Part shown: positions 39,611 through 40,923 of the stretch, one piece after another
Layout: each line of letters begins with the position of its first letter
Position numbering within the stretch: position 1 is the first letter of the stretch
Source of the DNA: Tolypothrix carrinoi HA7290-LM1
GTDB lineage: Bacteria; Cyanobacteriota; Cyanobacteriia; Cyanobacteriales; Nostocaceae
Reading direction: 5' to 3'
DNA length: 40,923 bases
Assembly (NCBI GenBank): GCA_019358935.1
Contig: JAHHIK010000075.1
Span: forward strand, 1-40,923
Translations under genes and position numbers: made by a program
Notes under the pieces: model-generated
Database searches by the model: none
Seen by the model: the letters and a program-made list of their open reading frames with translations, nothing else
What the model was told of the DNA's origin: nothing

Positions 39611-40571
39611 TTTATCTGTACTGCTGTGTGCCGTTATACCACCGCTGCTGCTTCTTGGTTACTACTATTGCCGTGTCTCCACTGCCCCATCTTTGCTAAG
39701 GCTACTATTGTTCTTCATCGTCGGGGCAATATCTGGTTTCATCGCTCTGAGCCTAGAATGGGTTTTTGAAACTGTAGCCAACTCAATTGTAGACTGGCGG
39801 CAGATGAATAAATCCCTTCCTGGTATCGCCCTGCGGCAGCTTGTGGAGATTGGTCCAATAGAAGAAGGCTGCAAGTTAGCAGCGGTTATTGCCCCAAGTT
39901 GCTATTTTCAACGCAGGTATCAATTACGACCCGGTAGCGTTTATCTCTTCACCATAGCTGTTGCCCTTGGATTCACCGCTCAAGAAAACTGGATTTACCT
40001 TTACAATGGCACGGCATCAATTTTTGAGCGTAGCATCGGTACGCCAGTCCACGCCTTGTTCTCGGCTCCTTGGGGTTATGCGCTGGGAATATTTATTGGC
40101 TCATACATTCGTTTATCTCGATACAAAAAAGTTATTCCCAGTGCTTGGCTAAATTCAGTAATTTGTCATGCTTTAGTTAATTTTCTATCTAGTGCTTGGC
40201 GTTACCCAGCACCGTTAAGCTTCCTCAGCTATGGTTTGTTTCCGTTTCTATTGTGGATGTTTTGGCGATTGGAGCAATTATTGCGAAAAGTGCAAAATAA
40301 AGCGCCGATTACTCTGATTTCTGGCTATACACCCAAGCTTCGTAACTGGCAACGGGGTTTAGTGCTGTTTGCCCTGATGATAGGTGGAAATGCAATTTTT
40401 GGGCTTTTTTTGATGGGAAGAATTATCAGTCCTTTAAGTCTGTCGCAACTTTTTTACCCTGATATTTTCTGGTTTATATTTCCCCGCTTCCTATTAAGTC
40501 TAATTTTCGCAATCATAGCGTGGCTAATTTATCGCTATTTAAGACGTTCAGCGCGACGGCAATATTTTTAG
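39603..40571 (+). CDS. PrsW family intramembrane protease
   Basis: PIEEGCK, ALGFTAQEN, PVHALFS and CHALVN motifs; overlaps the upstream stop codon. Confidence 0.88.
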   Translation: MADLSVLLCAVIPPLLLLGYYYCRVSTAPSLLRLLLFFIVGAISGFIALSLEWVFETVANSIVDWRQMNKSLPGIALRQLVEIGPIEEGCKLAAVIAPSCYFQRRYQLRPGSVYLFTIAVALGFTAQENWIYLYNGTASIFERSIGTPVHALFSAPWGYALGIFIGSYIRLSRYKKVIPSAWLNSVICHALVNFLSSAWRYPAPLSFLSYGLFPFLLWMFWRLEQLLRKVQNKAPITLISGYTPKLRNWQRGLVLFALMIGGNAIFGLFLMGRIISPLSLSQLFYPDIFWFIFPRFLLSLIFAIIAWLIYRYLRRSARRQYF

Positions 40572-40800
40572 GTGTCAAATATTATCGGGATGATTTGACA
40601 AACAACGTTGATAAATTCAACATAATTGTAGAGACGTTCCGTCGGAACGTCTCTACGATTTATCCCACAATCGGTGCGACGGCAATATTTTTAATTAGCT
40701 AACAATCTACGTGCTAATGGTTGAGGAGTAGTTGTCTGCCCTGATTGTTATATTTATATGTAATCTGAGCTACACACGCATTAAAACTCGCTGATTTTCT

Positions 40801-40923
40801 GTAAGGATTCAGGTCAGGGGTATTGACAAGTGTGACATCTCAGGCGGAATATCACAATTATGGAAAAAGACCTGCCTGTGAAACTAGACCGTGAAACGCT
40901 TCTCCAGTTGGCTCCGGAAGAAC
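40801..40923 (+). mobile_element. Left end of an IS66-like insertion sequence (partial)
   Basis: GTAAGGATTCAGG terminus (IS66 ends begin GTAA), TTGACA at 40823, and an ORF starting at 40860. Confidence 0.6.
40860..40923 (+). CDS. N-terminus of a putative IS66 family transposase (truncated by the window)
   Basis: MEKDLPVKLDRETLLQLAPEE resembles, from memory, N-termini of cyanobacterial IS66 transposases; only 21 codons are visible. Confidence 0.5.
   Translation, partial: MEKDLPVKLDRETLLQLAPEE

Noticed and set aside
1..40923. Abundant GCGATCGC octamers
   Set aside because: Ordinary cyanobacterial HIP1; used only as a taxonomic clue.

Overview
Chromosomal window from a filamentous, probably heterocyst-forming cyanobacterium (Nostocales-like). 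This is inferred from frequent HIP1 octamers (GCGATCGC), heptamer STRR-type tandem repeats and many short dispersed repeats/MITEs. Core genes (SDR, NTF2-like protein, murG, glyS, murD, M1 aminopeptidase, DUF3352, methyltransferase, PrsW) surround two accessory blocks. Block 1 (3.3-8.9 kb) is an island between murG and glyS. It holds an Rpn-family nuclease with a likely internal small-antitoxin start, an orphan ParD-like antitoxin, and a 21-bp tandem array. It also holds a receptor-like protein: signal/TM segment, 11 near-identical 35-aa HEAT repeats with hypervariable positions, TM segments and a NACHT/STAND-like NTPase. Block 2 (16.2-32.3 kb, minus strand) is a Wzx/Wzy-type polysaccharide cluster with three tandem acyltransferases, preceded by a 1.1-kb leader containing a structured element. 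The left edge looks like the 5' part of an IscB/IsrB omegaRNA (HEARO). The right edge looks like the left end of an IS66-like element. I found no rRNA, tRNA or CRISPR array. All family calls come from motif recognition by eye; no database searches were run.
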